A DNA stretch of 63,996 nucleotides, filler included, from Salisapilia sapeloensis CBS 127946 (GCA_023334545.1; 6 parts of 6 records of this genome joined end to end with filler, not necessarily neighbours in it); one strand, 5' to 3'. Counted from the first letter of the whole stretch, positions 41,857-53,731 are shown. Numbers and translations: made by a program. Notes: generated from the sequence alone by a model not told the origin.

Positions 41857-44800
41857 CAGTGATGATACAAGGTGATAGAGAGAAAGCATTCACAAGTTCA
41901 ACAGATTAGATCAGATTTTCAATCTAGCTAACTACCCGCACTTTAGCCGACCAGCTTTCGTTACCGCGATAAACTATTCATGCTACTTTGGAATAGTCTA
42001 GGTTAGGGCGTTTGCATGCTATATGATTTATGTAAGGGTTACTAGACTGGTCCGAAGGAATTGTATATACTTTCATGTATAAGTAGTCTTCGCCAAGCTG
42101 TAGGTAAAGCTTCTGAGGAGCTGAGTAACAGTCAAACAATGCGAACGTCACGAGGGATAATACCAAAGAGTTAATTGCTTACTTTTTGTTTCGCTTTCTA
42201 TGTATTCTTGCTGGATGCAGCAACTGCTTTAGCAATAGGCGCAGGGCCGCCCACAACTTATTTCTAGCTTTCATGGAGACCACTCAACCGAGTGACAAGT
42301 TAAATGCTTTATACTACGTAGACGACTTTCGAACTACAAGGTATAGCCAAACATCTACTTTAAAACAAGCATATTTGTGAATATCTAGTGTAAATAACTA
42401 AAACGACGGCGCTTCCGACTATGATGTGCCGAATGTAGAAAGCTTGTGGCGCATGAGAGCAATTATATCAAATACTAGAGCATTACCTTTCTGAGAATTG
42501 TCATCCAAGTTGAAGTATAAGGCTTCAAAAATGCTTAAAGATACTGGAGTTAGCACATAGCTGACTCTTGTGGACGTCTTCTATCTAAACCTTCTCTACA
42601 TGATTGAACGATTATCTTTTAGCGATACTAATCACTACTCAACAGAGCATTAGTTATTTAATATCCTAAAATTGGCAGTGAACATTTCCTTGACTTTCGC
42701 ATCAATGTGCCTCACCGTATTTCATGCGCTGAAGAGGATGAGCATATGATACACAGCAACCGTAGGTGCATATATGGTAATGCGATAGACTGTATGAACA
42801 CAACGTGGTTTGACCTATGATAGTGTATACGGCGCGTCTATCGGCTTCTAATGATTATAACAGTTCAAGATGACTATACTACTTTCTAGAGCTTCTTATA
42901 TCGGATAGTCTACACTGTTGTTCCTTGCATAAAGAGTTTTGGTACATCAATTAAGATGACCATGCATATCATCGACTTTGGTTTCCGTCTAGAATGTCCT
43001 TCGAAATGCTTGTAAGCTTCTACGCCTCTAGCATCTTTTCAGAAAGCTGTATCGCTTATGATACTTTAGAAAACACACAAGAAACACTTCAGCAGGTTGT
43101 CCATGGTAGACTTCTACTTCCTTATCTTTACCTTTGCACTCGATAATGTATTATTTGAAATGACATATGCTCACACTATGTCATTTTAAAAATACCTTTG
43201 ATAATTTATAAATAAATATTTGATTGATCTTTGGCTTTTCGAAAAGCATTGCTTTGTCAAGGGCACGTCTTCTTCAAAGCGATATAGTTTTCCTCGCGCT
43301 ATCGAAGGCTAGCTTTACTGTATGGAAGATTAAATGATGACCATCATTAAATATAGTATTGGTAAGTTTGTGGTAACCTGGTCGTCAAATTTTGAAGGCT
43401 ATGGAGCATTTGCATGCAACCGACCCATCGCGCGCCCACAAATGATGGACTGGGGACTAGCATCCTTTCATAAAAGACCTAGATATCATCGAAACAAAAT
43501 TATATCACCATAAAAAGGAGAAACTCGCTATGAAATGGGTGATAATCGCCACGTAGAAGGTATCGATACGTCCATACAGGTCATTACACGTCCAGCTGTA
43601 CAAGGAACACTTAGATCGTCGGGTGCATGATTTGGAGGTTTCATGATAAAGCGAGAGTACATACAACGAGGATAATACAAGAAGCCCCAAAACCCTATCC
43701 ATGATCTATGTTCATGCAGTCTATGTATTGTGTTGCGCTTGTATCATACACAGTTGGTTTGTATCTTTTGCTAGCCTGCTTGTATGTACTTTCGTTCCAT
43801 CACCTATCTGGATTGACTCGTGCGGACTGTTCATGCTCCCTTTGCACAATGATGAAAGGAACTTGTATAAACGTTATTATTGTTCCGTACGTTTCTCCTT
43901 TCGCACTGCGACGGCCGACCTTGCTTTAAAGATGTTAGCGCATATCATCAAAACGTTGATCGCTCCTTGCCGATAACAAAGTTATACTTCATGCAGGCTT
44001 TGTGACATTTGTTAATTTTTGAAGAGGCTATCGTTTTGTCTGCGTTGATAGGCAAAGGTACGGTGTTCATTTTATAAATTTCCAAACTCTCTTGTCGTAG
44101 AGTAGTAACTTTATTTTGTTGGGTAACTGCAGCGACCATGCGACGCGACCAGTAGGCTCATCTGAGGTTGTTTCTCTGTTGACAGATTAGTGGAATCAGA
44201 TGCACACGAAGGCTCTTTCGTGTCTACTACATTTTAGACCTACTTACATGCAAATATTGTACTATTCGATGTGAATGATGGAGGATAAGCTAGGCTTATC
44301 GCAGGTGGTTACGGGAAGGTTTAAAACAAGGTGGTATTATCGAAGGTGAAGATTAAGGAAGCAGGTTAATTCGACACACACGAATGGTACGATCATCCTT
44401 TTTCGGTATCTTCATCAGATGTAGACGAACGGTTGTGCTTTGATGAGACTTTAGCTGACTGGATCTCTCACCGAATATGAGCAGCTGGTCGTGATATAGC
44501 AGACACTTCACCAGGGAGTGGAGTGTGATTATCGCAGTGCTTGGTATCTTTGCGTCTGATCCGGGCGAGTCGCACGATAATCGCGCATTGAACTTGCCGT
44601 TGACAAAATGATTTGATGAGAGCTAGGAGAGCCGGAATCTACGCGAGACAGGCCGAGAGAGGAAGGAATGGAGATGGACAGCATAGTAGGACTCCCTGTA
44701 GAAGAGGTCAACCATACTTTGTCGCGGAAGGACACGCAATTATTCGATAATTTGCATTCAAGCTGAAGTTGAAAAGAACGACGGATTTTAGTGTAGGAAG

Positions 44801-45546
44801 CTAGTATGCGCAGTCAGTGGTGTCACAATTCGATGAATGTAACATCGAAGCCACTGCGTTGAACATCGTTATGGGAGCCAACCTTGCCGGCTATGACTTC
44901 TGCAGCCTCGTACGCTTTTGCTTCCACGTTAGAGCCGTGCTTGCCCTTGCGCAACCATAGACGGTTCAGATATTGACATCCCGCAGATGTCACTGTTTCA
45001 TCGTTGTGCTGGATGTTTGACCGTGACTCGGCGGTCCCTCAAATAGGCACGATTGGCCAAACCAATCTTTCAAGATAACCAAATCATCTGCGCGACCAAG
45101 CTCAACGTACAGATTGCTGGCTTCGTCGACAACGGCTTTTTTTAATTTTTCTCGGAAGCTTATTCGAGTCCAGCACACCGGTTTTCGGTAAAGCCGCCCA
45201 GTACTCTATGGCGCATTCTGTGGTCCATTGGTTTGATTGGTAACCTAGAATAGTCTCAGTAGTAAACAACACTTACTTGTAGTATTTAATCTGTACCGAG
45301 ACATTTCGTCTGAAGCAAGATGTTTGTTATCTGAATCACGTTCGTATACAAGATCCCGATCTCACCTATCCACGTTTTGCAGCTCCAGTGCAAATCGGAT
45401 GGTCTTCGAATACATGTTTAGACCTTTTTTGCTTCAAACAGCAGATAGCATCAGGAAGTACCTGCGACTCGCTGATAGAATTGGCATTCTCGTTTTTTCG
45501 AGCTTTCTCTCAAGCGGACTTTCATCTTATCGAAACGGACGCTGAC

Positions 45547-48500
45547 ATGAAAGCCATCTTTCAGGCCCTCGTGGTTTCGGCGGCAGCAACGCTGATACCT
45601 TCCATCTATGCTGCCGCTCCAGATCAAGCAGACTTTCCTGCTTGTCCTTCTCACTGGATGACCAAGTACTGTTGTGACCTGGGTATCTATCAAGAGGGCG
45701 ATACCAACGAAGAGTACGGCACGATCAAGTATGTCTTCAAGGAGTATCAGCGGCCTCGTGGAAAAGGAAATAGCGGAGGTGATATCACGGAAACCTACGA
45801 AGAAGGCTGGCTAAAGGAACGCCAGATCAACTACCCGTACTCTCAGTACACGGTCGGCACTCAAAAGTTCCATTGGCGTGCTGATGACTACTGTACACTG
45901 TCCAAGGTTGGCACCGAAATGGACGGCAATGAATTCGTCTACGAATACAACTGTACGAACGACCCAGCTGAAGCCAAGGCGCTTGGATTCGTGGAAGACA
46001 AGTATGTCACGTTTGAGGAGAACCCTCGAAACAACATGGCTCGTTGTAATGGCACCTACGTCAAGATCAACACGACTGACGATGAACTCGCGTGCAGCTT
46101 CATTAGTGTACCGATCGACTACTACTTTACGACCGGAGGTGAACCACCAGCTATCGTCATCTACGTTATCTACGGAGCTCTATTTGCATGCATCGGTCTC
46201 TGGTATGCGTACAAGAAGATGTACGAAGCTGCCGTCCTACACCAGACCAAGAACAAGTCGGCGACAGCAGACAAGGGTGCCAGTTTGATGGAGGACCGTG
46301 GTGGCCCCGTCACGCCCGTTCCGGGTGAGGACACTGCCGGTCGCAAGTCACACGTCAGCATGCGATCCACGGAGATTAAGCTACGTGAGCAGACGAAGGA
46401 AATCAAGCAGGTTGGTTACAAGGACTCTATCTTTGGCAACGCGCTGCTTGCTTGGTTCGGCTTTATGGCTCTCTGCGTCCACGTCCTTCTCATCATGGTT
46501 ATCATGGACTACTACGGACACTTCCCGCGACCTTTGCTCAAGTCTGGCCAACCTCTTCTGTCGGTCTACATCTTCTTCTGGTGTACCATGCTCATCTGGA
46601 GTATGGTCATCGTGCTAACCCAGAAGACCATCCGCAACTTCTTCCGGCTTCGTGCACCGCTCGAAAAGTCGGACTTTGTCTACTTGTTCAAGCCCGAGTA
46701 CAGCGAAATTATGCTCAAGGACCGCACCAAGATTGTCGACTTTGTCCAAAAGATCGAGAAGACACTGATGCCGGATTACCAGCCAGGTCATGAAGCCACT
46801 GTCCCGGTCCAGATTACGGAGAACGGTTCTCGCTACATTGAGTTCCAGAACATCCGCTACAGCTTCTTGGAAGAGTGGGATCAATTTGTTCCGTCCACCA
46901 TCGAACTTGGTGAAACGTTTAAAGACATTCTGCTCGAGAGCGAAGGACTTAGCGAACAGGCATACAACGCCCGACTCAACCACGTCGGTCCGAATGCTAT
47001 TGACATCGAAATGCCGACGCTGCTTATGTCCATCCGGATGGAATTCTTCACGTTCTTCTACATCTACCAAATGGTCTGCTACTACGTCTGGTACTACTTT
47101 GACTACTGGAAGCTTGCTATCGTCATGACCTGTGTCATCGCCTTATCGGCTGTCATCAACATCTATACGACGCGTAAGATGCGTGCTTCGATTGTCAAAA
47201 TGTCCAAGTACGAGACCCAAGTCCGTGTCAAGCGCTCTGACCAATGGAAGACTGTCAGCTCCCGTGATCTTGTTCCTGGTGACCTTGTGTCCGTCGAAGA
47301 GAACTGGACGCTACCGTGCGACATGGTCATCGTCGCTGGTGCCACTGTCTGTGACGAAAGTATGCTCACGGGTGAAGCAAACCCGGTGCAAAAGTTCCCG
47401 ATTCCGGAGTCGGACCACGAGTACGATGCCGCGGGCGGCGGAAAGAAGTACACGCTCTTCTCTGGTACCAAGGTTCTATCTTCTGGACGTGATGAAGAGA
47501 TTTATGCTGTGGTGCAAACTACTGGTGCCCACACGTCCAAGGGTCTGCTCATCCAGAACATTCTCTTCCCAGTCCTCATGCGATTTAAGTACGACGAGCA
47601 CCTCAAGGTCATTATCGGCTTGCTCCTCATCTACGCCGTTATTGCTGTCATCCTTGCTGTCAAATTCCTCACGAGCAATGCTTCGCTTTCCAACCCTCTG
47701 AACGCTTTCTGCTACGCCATCTTCTTGCTCTCTGGTATTGTATCTCCTCTTCTCCCGTGTGTTGTCACGATCGGTCAAGTGAATGCTGCCAAGCGTCTAG
47801 AAGAGCTTAGCGTCTTCTCTCTCAACACCAACCGTATCACCCTCACGGGTAAGATCCGTGTCTTCTGCTTCGACAAGACCGGTACGCTAACCAAGGAAGG
47901 TCTTGACTTTCTTGGATTCAAACCCATCGACACGTCGAACCAAACGTTCTTGGACATGGTGCCTGGCATCGACCTGAACAACATGGGCAAGCTCTCCACG
48001 TTTGCGCTCGCTTCGTGCCACTCTGTTGGTTCCCTCAACGGTGATCTCGTCGGTAATCAGGTTGAAGTGAAGATGTTCCGTGCTACTGGATGGGAGCTCA
48101 TTGAAGAGCAAGGCAAGCAACCGATCGTCAAGAGTCCGTCTGGCACGCAGCTTCAGGTTGTCAAGCGCTTCGAGTTTGACCACCACCGTATGTCCATGTC
48201 TGTCGTAATGCGTGACGTGGAGAGTGGCAAGCTGTACGTCTTCTGCAAGGGTTCGTACGAAAAGATGCAGCAAGTCGCCACCGACGAAAGTCTTCCTGGT
48301 GACTACATGAAGGTGTCGGAAGAGCTTGCGCGTGATGGTTGCTATGTCCTCGGTATGACCGTGCGTGAGCTGCCTGCCATGGAAGAGTCGGAGCTCCAGA
48401 GCTTTATCAAGGACCGTGACGCCGTTGAAACTGGCCTCCACTCCCTTGGTCTCGTGCTCTTCCGTAACGAGCTGAAGGAAGACACTACTGATGCTATCCG

Positions 48501-49788
48501 CCAACTGCAGGAAGGACAAATCCGTCCGGCCATGATCACTGGTGACAATGCCATGTGCGGTTGCTACATTGCTAAGCAGTGTGGCATGGTCAAGGGTAAC
48601 TCTCAGGTCATCCTCGCTGACATGCAGGGTGAACGTGGCACTGGTAAGCAGCTTGTCTGGAGTGACGTCAAGACCCGCGAGACTTACTCCACCGAACAGG
48701 TGCGTGGTATGGCTGGTGGCGATGATATTGAACTTGCAGTTACTGGACCTGCCTTTGACCACCTTTGCAAGATCGACTTGATGAACGAGCTGCTTCTCCA
48801 CACGCGTATCTACTCACGTATGACTCCGGACGGGAAGGTCCAGTGCGTCCAGATGCACATGGACAAGGGTCTCGTGACTGGTATGTGCGGTGACGGTGGT
48901 AATGACTGCGGTGCCCTACGTATTGCTCACGCCGGTATCGCTCTGTCTGACGCTGAAGCATCGATCGTGTCTCCGTTCACGTCCAAGACGAAGACGGTCA
49001 TGTCGGTTGTGGACTTGTGCCGTGAAGGCCGTTGCTCGCTTGCAACGAGCTTCGGTAGTGTCAAGTTCCTCATCATGTACGGCCTCATCTGTTCGACGCT
49101 GCGTCTGGTGCAGTACTACTACGCTATTATGATCAGTGAGTGGTGCTTCGTCGTGTCTGACGCCTTCTGTCTCGTCGGTTTCTCCTACTTCATTACATTG
49201 TCCAAGCCGAAGCCGTACTTGGGTAGCGAACGACCGACGTCGAGTTTGGTTGGCCCAACGACAATTGCATCCATCCTCGGACAAGAAGCCATCAACGTCA
49301 TCTTCCTACTGACTGGTCTCCACTACCTCAGTCAAGCGGACTGGTACTGCCCGTTCGACCCCGCTGGTGCGGATCTTTCCAAGTGGTGGTTGCTTGCAGA
49401 CAACTCCATTACGACGTGCCTCTTCTTTTCAGGTGTCGTCCAGCAACAAGCCTCAGCCTTCGTATATTCGTTCGGCTCGAGCTTCCGTCAGCCCATTTGG
49501 CGCAACTGGCAGTTCTGCCTGTTCTTCGCGGCGTTGGTCGCGTTCACCTTGTACTTGCTCTTGGGTGAGCCCTCCGTCGTTATGGACCAGTTGCGCATTG
49601 CAAGCAGTACGAACGTGGTTGGTCTACCGGACATTCCGATGCCGATCAGCTTCCGCACAGAGTACATGGGCTTCTTGTTGGGCAACATGGTCGCCACGAT
49701 GCTCTTTGAATATATATTCATCCTGGGCCCAGTGCGTAACTTCCTCCGATCCAAGTTCCACAAGGACCTCTTCGACTTGAAGATGTAA
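45547..49788 (+). CDS. P5-type ATPase with N-terminal signal peptide and Cys-containing ectodomain
   Basis: Likely ATG 45547 (MKAIFQALVVSAAATLIPSIYA). Motifs DLVPGD, DESMLTGEA, VSPLLP, CFDKTGTLT, FEFDHHRMSMSV, KGSYE, MITGDN, MCGDGGNDCGAL, SPFTS, EGRCSL. Confidence 0.93.
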   Translation: MKAIFQALVVSAAATLIPSIYAAAPDQADFPACPSHWMTKYCCDLGIYQEGDTNEEYGTIKYVFKEYQRPRGKGNSGGDITETYEEGWLKERQINYPYSQYTVGTQKFHWRADDYCTLSKVGTEMDGNEFVYEYNCTNDPAEAKALGFVEDKYVTFEENPRNNMARCNGTYVKINTTDDELACSFISVPIDYYFTTGGEPPAIVIYVIYGALFACIGLWYAYKKMYEAAVLHQTKNKSATADKGASLMEDRGGPVTPVPGEDTAGRKSHVSMRSTEIKLREQTKEIKQVGYKDSIFGNALLAWFGFMALCVHVLLIMVIMDYYGHFPRPLLKSGQPLLSVYIFFWCTMLIWSMVIVLTQKTIRNFFRLRAPLEKSDFVYLFKPEYSEIMLKDRTKIVDFVQKIEKTLMPDYQPGHEATVPVQITENGSRYIEFQNIRYSFLEEWDQFVPSTIELGETFKDILLESEGLSEQAYNARLNHVGPNAIDIEMPTLLMSIRMEFFTFFYIYQMVCYYVWYYFDYWKLAIVMTCVIALSAVINIYTTRKMRASIVKMSKYETQVRVKRSDQWKTVSSRDLVPGDLVSVEENWTLPCDMVIVAGATVCDESMLTGEANPVQKFPIPESDHEYDAAGGGKKYTLFSGTKVLSSGRDEEIYAVVQTTGAHTSKGLLIQNILFPVLMRFKYDEHLKVIIGLLLIYAVIAVILAVKFLTSNASLSNPLNAFCYAIFLLSGIVSPLLPCVVTIGQVNAAKRLEELSVFSLNTNRITLTGKIRVFCFDKTGTLTKEGLDFLGFKPIDTSNQTFLDMVPGIDLNNMGKLSTFALASCHSVGSLNGDLVGNQVEVKMFRATGWELIEEQGKQPIVKSPSGTQLQVVKRFEFDHHRMSMSVVMRDVESGKLYVFCKGSYEKMQQVATDESLPGDYMKVSEELARDGCYVLGMTVRELPAMEESELQSFIKDRDAVETGLHSLGLVLFRNELKEDTTDAIRQLQEGQIRPAMITGDNAMCGCYIAKQCGMVKGNSQVILADMQGERGTGKQLVWSDVKTRETYSTEQVRGMAGGDDIELAVTGPAFDHLCKIDLMNELLLHTRIYSRMTPDGKVQCVQMHMDKGLVTGMCGDGGNDCGALRIAHAGIALSDAEASIVSPFTSKTKTVMSVVDLCREGRCSLATSFGSVKFLIMYGLICSTLRLVQYYYAIMISEWCFVVSDAFCLVGFSYFITLSKPKPYLGSERPTSSLVGPTTIASILGQEAINVIFLLTGLHYLSQADWYCPFDPAGADLSKWWLLADNSITTCLFFSGVVQQQASAFVYSFGSSFRQPIWRNWQFCLFFAALVAFTLYLLLGEPSVVMDQLRIASSTNVVGLPDIPMPISFRTEYMGFLLGNMVATMLFEYIFILGPVRNFLRSKFHKDLFDLKM

Positions 49789-50109
49789 TTGCGCACAGAA
49801 TTAATGGATGGAGATGCTGTATTGCAGATCATTAAAATAAATGGTTTCATTTTCGAACGAATGTACTCTTGATGCGATCTTGTCAACTTTGTGTCTTTTA
49901 GTTGCTATCCTGTCTGCTACAAGCAATAGCCTTTCAATTCTCACCATGTCAAACAACCAGGTTATCCACTGAATAGTTTCAAAGTAGTTTTGTTGCCTGA
50001 CCACTTGCTTGGAGTTCTTGCCGGATGCCTCGTAAGTTTCCATTTCAAAGATCAGATGATAAGATTGTATCTTTAAAAACGCTTCGTACACCACAGTATT
50101 ATCCTACTT

Positions 50110-51982
50110 TTATTCAAAAGCGATACCGCTATGAGATGAAACGTGTTTCATCATTTTATGAAAGTAGTACTGGATCTGGGCAGCAGTCGGGTAATCTTCT
50201 GGGTTAGACGAAAGACACTTGTCTGCCAACGATCGAATCGACTTTGGACATGGTTCTATCATCGACAGACGAAGGCTACCTTATGCTATTTTATTCACGA
50301 GGGAGCAGCACACTCCCAAATGGCTGGTTTCTCCAGCAATGTCGTAGTACAAAAGTTCACGCGTCGACAGCTCCGTGAGTATGAGTAGATATCACAGGCC
50401 TGCACGTAGTGTCACTCTCCTATCAGACTCTCGGGAACCAGCCATCGCACTGTTTCCACGCCTTCGACCATCATCGTCTGTAGATCGTGCTCTCGAGCAG
50501 TCCCAAAGTCACTCAGCTCAGCCAACATCGAAGGATTTACTAAAATCTCGACAGGTTTTAGGACTTGATGCAGCAGCGGAGGGACGAACGAATGAAGGTA
50601 GACCAGTGCCTTGATGATGTCATCTACGATGTAAAACTTTTGGTCACTCTATCCGTGGCGAGATGAATTCCCCTGAAGGTGACTTCGCAAGTCTCCATTC
50701 TCCATTCTCCAAGTACTCGAGCAATGCCTGGAAGTTGGAACGTTTGGTCCATGCAGCTCCAACAACTCTCAAGACATTCGGATGCTCGAGCAACGCCACG
50801 AGCTTTATTTTTTCAATAAAGTTCTGGATCACTTCCGCGTTTACCCTTTCTTCACTCACCCGCTTAGAAGCATAGAACTTGTCGTAATACTCGACCAAGT
50901 GCACGACACCGAACGCCCCTCCGCCAAATTTCCTGACATCGCGAATGTCATCAACTTTCATCTGGATATCGATCAGCTGCTGGTTGTTCCCTATCGACTT
51001 GTTTCTATCCTCCCTGCCTCCTATTCCCGCTGGAACATTCGAGCTGTCCTCTGCATAGTTCAGAGAACGCATGTTCAGCGATTAGTCTCGCTTTCGCCGC
51101 TTTAGGTAGAATAAGAATAAGCCAGCAGCGATGATAACAACAACGACGATAGAGAAGTCGATGTACATGACAGTGGATGAAGACGTTTCCTTTTCAATGG
51201 TACCTAGACTCATTTCGTAAGAACATAATGATGTGTCGCTCTTATCAACTTGACTTAAAGTCATTTTGTTCATCACACAAACCTACAGAGTGCTTGCATT
51301 CACGTAGCGAACGTCTCTATGTGGATAATCCAATGTGTCGTTTTCAAAGGCTACACCTTCCGCGTCGAGTAGTGCCTTGTTTATCGTCTTATAGAGACTT
51401 GGAGACACTGCTCGATCGGTGAAAGTATTATTGCTTAGATATCTATTCCACAATCATGCCATGACGATATCTTAATCTTGCAACGAGTAAGCTGATATAA
51501 AATTCTTAGATTGGATAAATAGGCCATGGCTTCTGGAATCATCTTCAATGAGATATAGCTCAGATCCCTATAAAACACTATAAAAGTTCTGTCAATTAAG
51601 CTAGCGTGTAGGACGACGCACAGGAATGTGAGATTCGTGCATTCTCCTGCGAAAGATTTTAATGTTGTTCTGACATCTTCTAGCTCGGTCAAGCACGTTT
51701 CTGTCTACTTTCGGAGAGTCCTTCAAATTTAAAAACTGAGAGTCTAGTTGGAGAGTTCTGAAGTTTTAGTGAATTCACCGACGTGCAGGAGTCGTAGATG
51801 TTATATTTGCCTTCGGATGGATAGGGTACGGAACTTATTAGGATGAACATCAAATGAATAGAATCATCATGGTTTATTTTACAATTCAAGCGGAATCTAT
51901 ATGGTTCTGTGCGCAACGTACTCGGTCTTTGGCAAACTAATTGGCTATACACAGTCGAACATTGTCGAGATACATCGGGCAT
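50110..51982 (-). pseudogene. Decayed LRR-TM-TKL receptor-like kinase (5' limit approximate)
   Basis: LRR-like DLSYISLKMIPEAMAYLSNLRIL; TM FSIVVVVIIAAGLFLFYL-KRRKR followed by in-frame TAA; kinase GGGAFGVV, HPNVLRVVG, LLEYLENGDL, LVYLHS, HQVLKP, LSDFG, RWLVPE, DIYS, CLSSNPEDYPTA, broken by several stops and frameshifts. Confidence 0.85.
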
Positions 51983-52481
51983 GGACGTAAAAATTAGCTG
52001 GGACCAGACTGATTTCCCACGCAGATTAATTTGTCCGCACGGACGAAGTACGTTGGACGGGTTAATGATGTGAAAAGCACCGTCTGTGAGAGCTCGGTCA
52101 ACACGACGTTAACTCTACATTTCCTATCCTAGCTGGTGCTTCCGTTACTTAAAGAAAATGAGAGTATGCAATTCGACTACGAAACACTAGACATATACAG
52201 TCTACCCTCCCACAAATGATTCTCACCGTGAAAGGCTTCAACAGTATCAATTATCATATTTGACAGTTTTTTAGGCTATAAATTATTGCTGTATGTGGTC
52301 ATGTCTATATTATGTGACGGTAGTAATATTGACCAATAAGAATCAACAGTCGGTACGTCATCAAGGGGAGGCTTAAACCAATATAACTGCATGGGAAGCT
52401 TGAAAACGTTGTTTGAAGACAAATCTGATGGTATATCCCCTTCAGAAGATCAGCAAGCAGTAGGTGACTAGGATAAACGGA

Positions 52482-52581
52482 NNNNNNNNNNNNNNNNNNN
52501 NNNNNNNNNNNNNNNNNNNNNNNNNTTAATTAATTAANNNNNNNNNNNNNNNNNNNNNNNNNNNNNNNNNNNNNNNNNNNN
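52482..52581. other. Artificial contig-joining spacer
   Basis: Same 44N-TTAATTAATTAA-44N pattern. Confidence 0.97.
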
Positions 52582-52610
52582 ATAGTATTTAGGCGCTGAA
52601 ATTAGTATAA

Positions 52611-52682
52611 GGTCCTATGGTGTAATGGTTAGCACTCTGGACTCTGAATCCAGCGATCCGGGTTCAAATCCCGGTAGGACCT
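52611..52682 (+). tRNA. trnQ-CTG: tRNA-Gln, anticodon CTG
   Basis: GGTCCTA..TAGGACC acceptor stem, CTGGA-CTCTGAA-TCCAG anticodon arm, GGTTCAAATCC T-loop; 72 nt, no intron. Confidence 0.97.
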
Positions 52683-52683
52683 C

Positions 52684-52689
52684 TTTTTT
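52684..52689 (+). terminator. RNA polymerase III T-run terminator
   Basis: TTTTTT directly after the tRNA. Confidence 0.7.
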
Positions 52690-52798
52690 CCATCTCTATT
52701 TTTACACAAACCAGACACAGACTAGCTAATGGACTATTTTGCGTAGCTCTTCTAATTTTTCAAGTCTTCACAACGAAAAATAACTGCAAGCGTCGAAG

Positions 52799-53659
52799 AT
52801 GGTGTCTGCTTCTCGTGTGTGCTTGGCTGTGGGTGGGCTCCTTGCCTATGTCGAAGCTGCAAACGTTGGCGGGTGGTCGGACGCTGAGGTAGGACCTGAA
52901 GGGAAAGATCGTCTTGTGCGTGCGGTGGCCGCTGTTGATGGGGACAACGTCAACGGCGAGTCGGCGTGCTTCAACGAGATCAAATCCGTCGAGACACAAG
53001 TCGTCGCCGGCCAGAACTATCGCTACCATGTGACTGGATGCAAGGATGCTCCATTAGGAGAATGCCAGGTAGTTGCTCCGAACTGTGAAGCTTCTACGGA
53101 TCTTGTCTTCGTAGTCTTTGAACAGACATGGACGAGCACTCTTCGCCTCACCAGCATCTACGAGGAAAGCGAGTCCTTGGACACGATCCGTAACACAGGT
53201 GCGGATGCTTAAGCAAAATATTTTTTTACTTTTAAAAGAACTTCAATAATATTCATGTGAACACTATATATAGTTGAAGAACAAGAGGAGATCTCGGAGG
53301 AAGAGAAGAAGAGGATCGAAGCCTGGATTGACGCGGAAGGGCGAAACTACTACGGTGACTCGGCCGGACTCATGTACCCAGGTGGCACACCGCTTTTTGA
53401 TGAAACTACAGGCGATTCCGTGGATCGCTATGTCTACATTAAGCGGAAGCATCCGGACGCTCCATGGAAAGAGGAGGCTAAAAAGAGCGAGTTAAAGGCT
53501 GCCGTGGCGGATCAGAAAGATACTGAAGAAAGTAATGCTGGTATGGCATGGCCGCTTGCTGGGCTAGTCGGCATCGCCGCCATCTTTGCTGCTGGATACG
53601 GCTACAACAGGTGGAACAGTAGCGAGGCGACGTACATGTCGCTCAACAACGAAGATTAA
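52799..53659 (+). CDS. Membrane-anchored cystatin-like (EPIC-family) protease inhibitor, 2 exons, 261 aa
   Basis: Signal peptide, GGW, QVVAG, EQTW. Intron 53199-53273 joins in frame to IEAWIDAEGRNYYGDSAGLMYPGGTPLFDETTG..DRYVYI..HPDAPW, TM MAWPLAGLVGIAAIFAAGYGY and tail YMSL. Confidence 0.82.
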
Positions 53660-53731
53660 CGCTGGGACTCACCTTCACAATCCGTTCAAAATACATGTTC
53701 TACCTGATTAATTCAATTCCTTTGTTATTTG

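Noticed and set aside
47887-48801. 304-aa antisense ORF in the P5 ATPase, and similar ones in the START and GCVT genes
   Set aside because: Explained by strong codon bias of the sense gene, which suppresses antisense stops.
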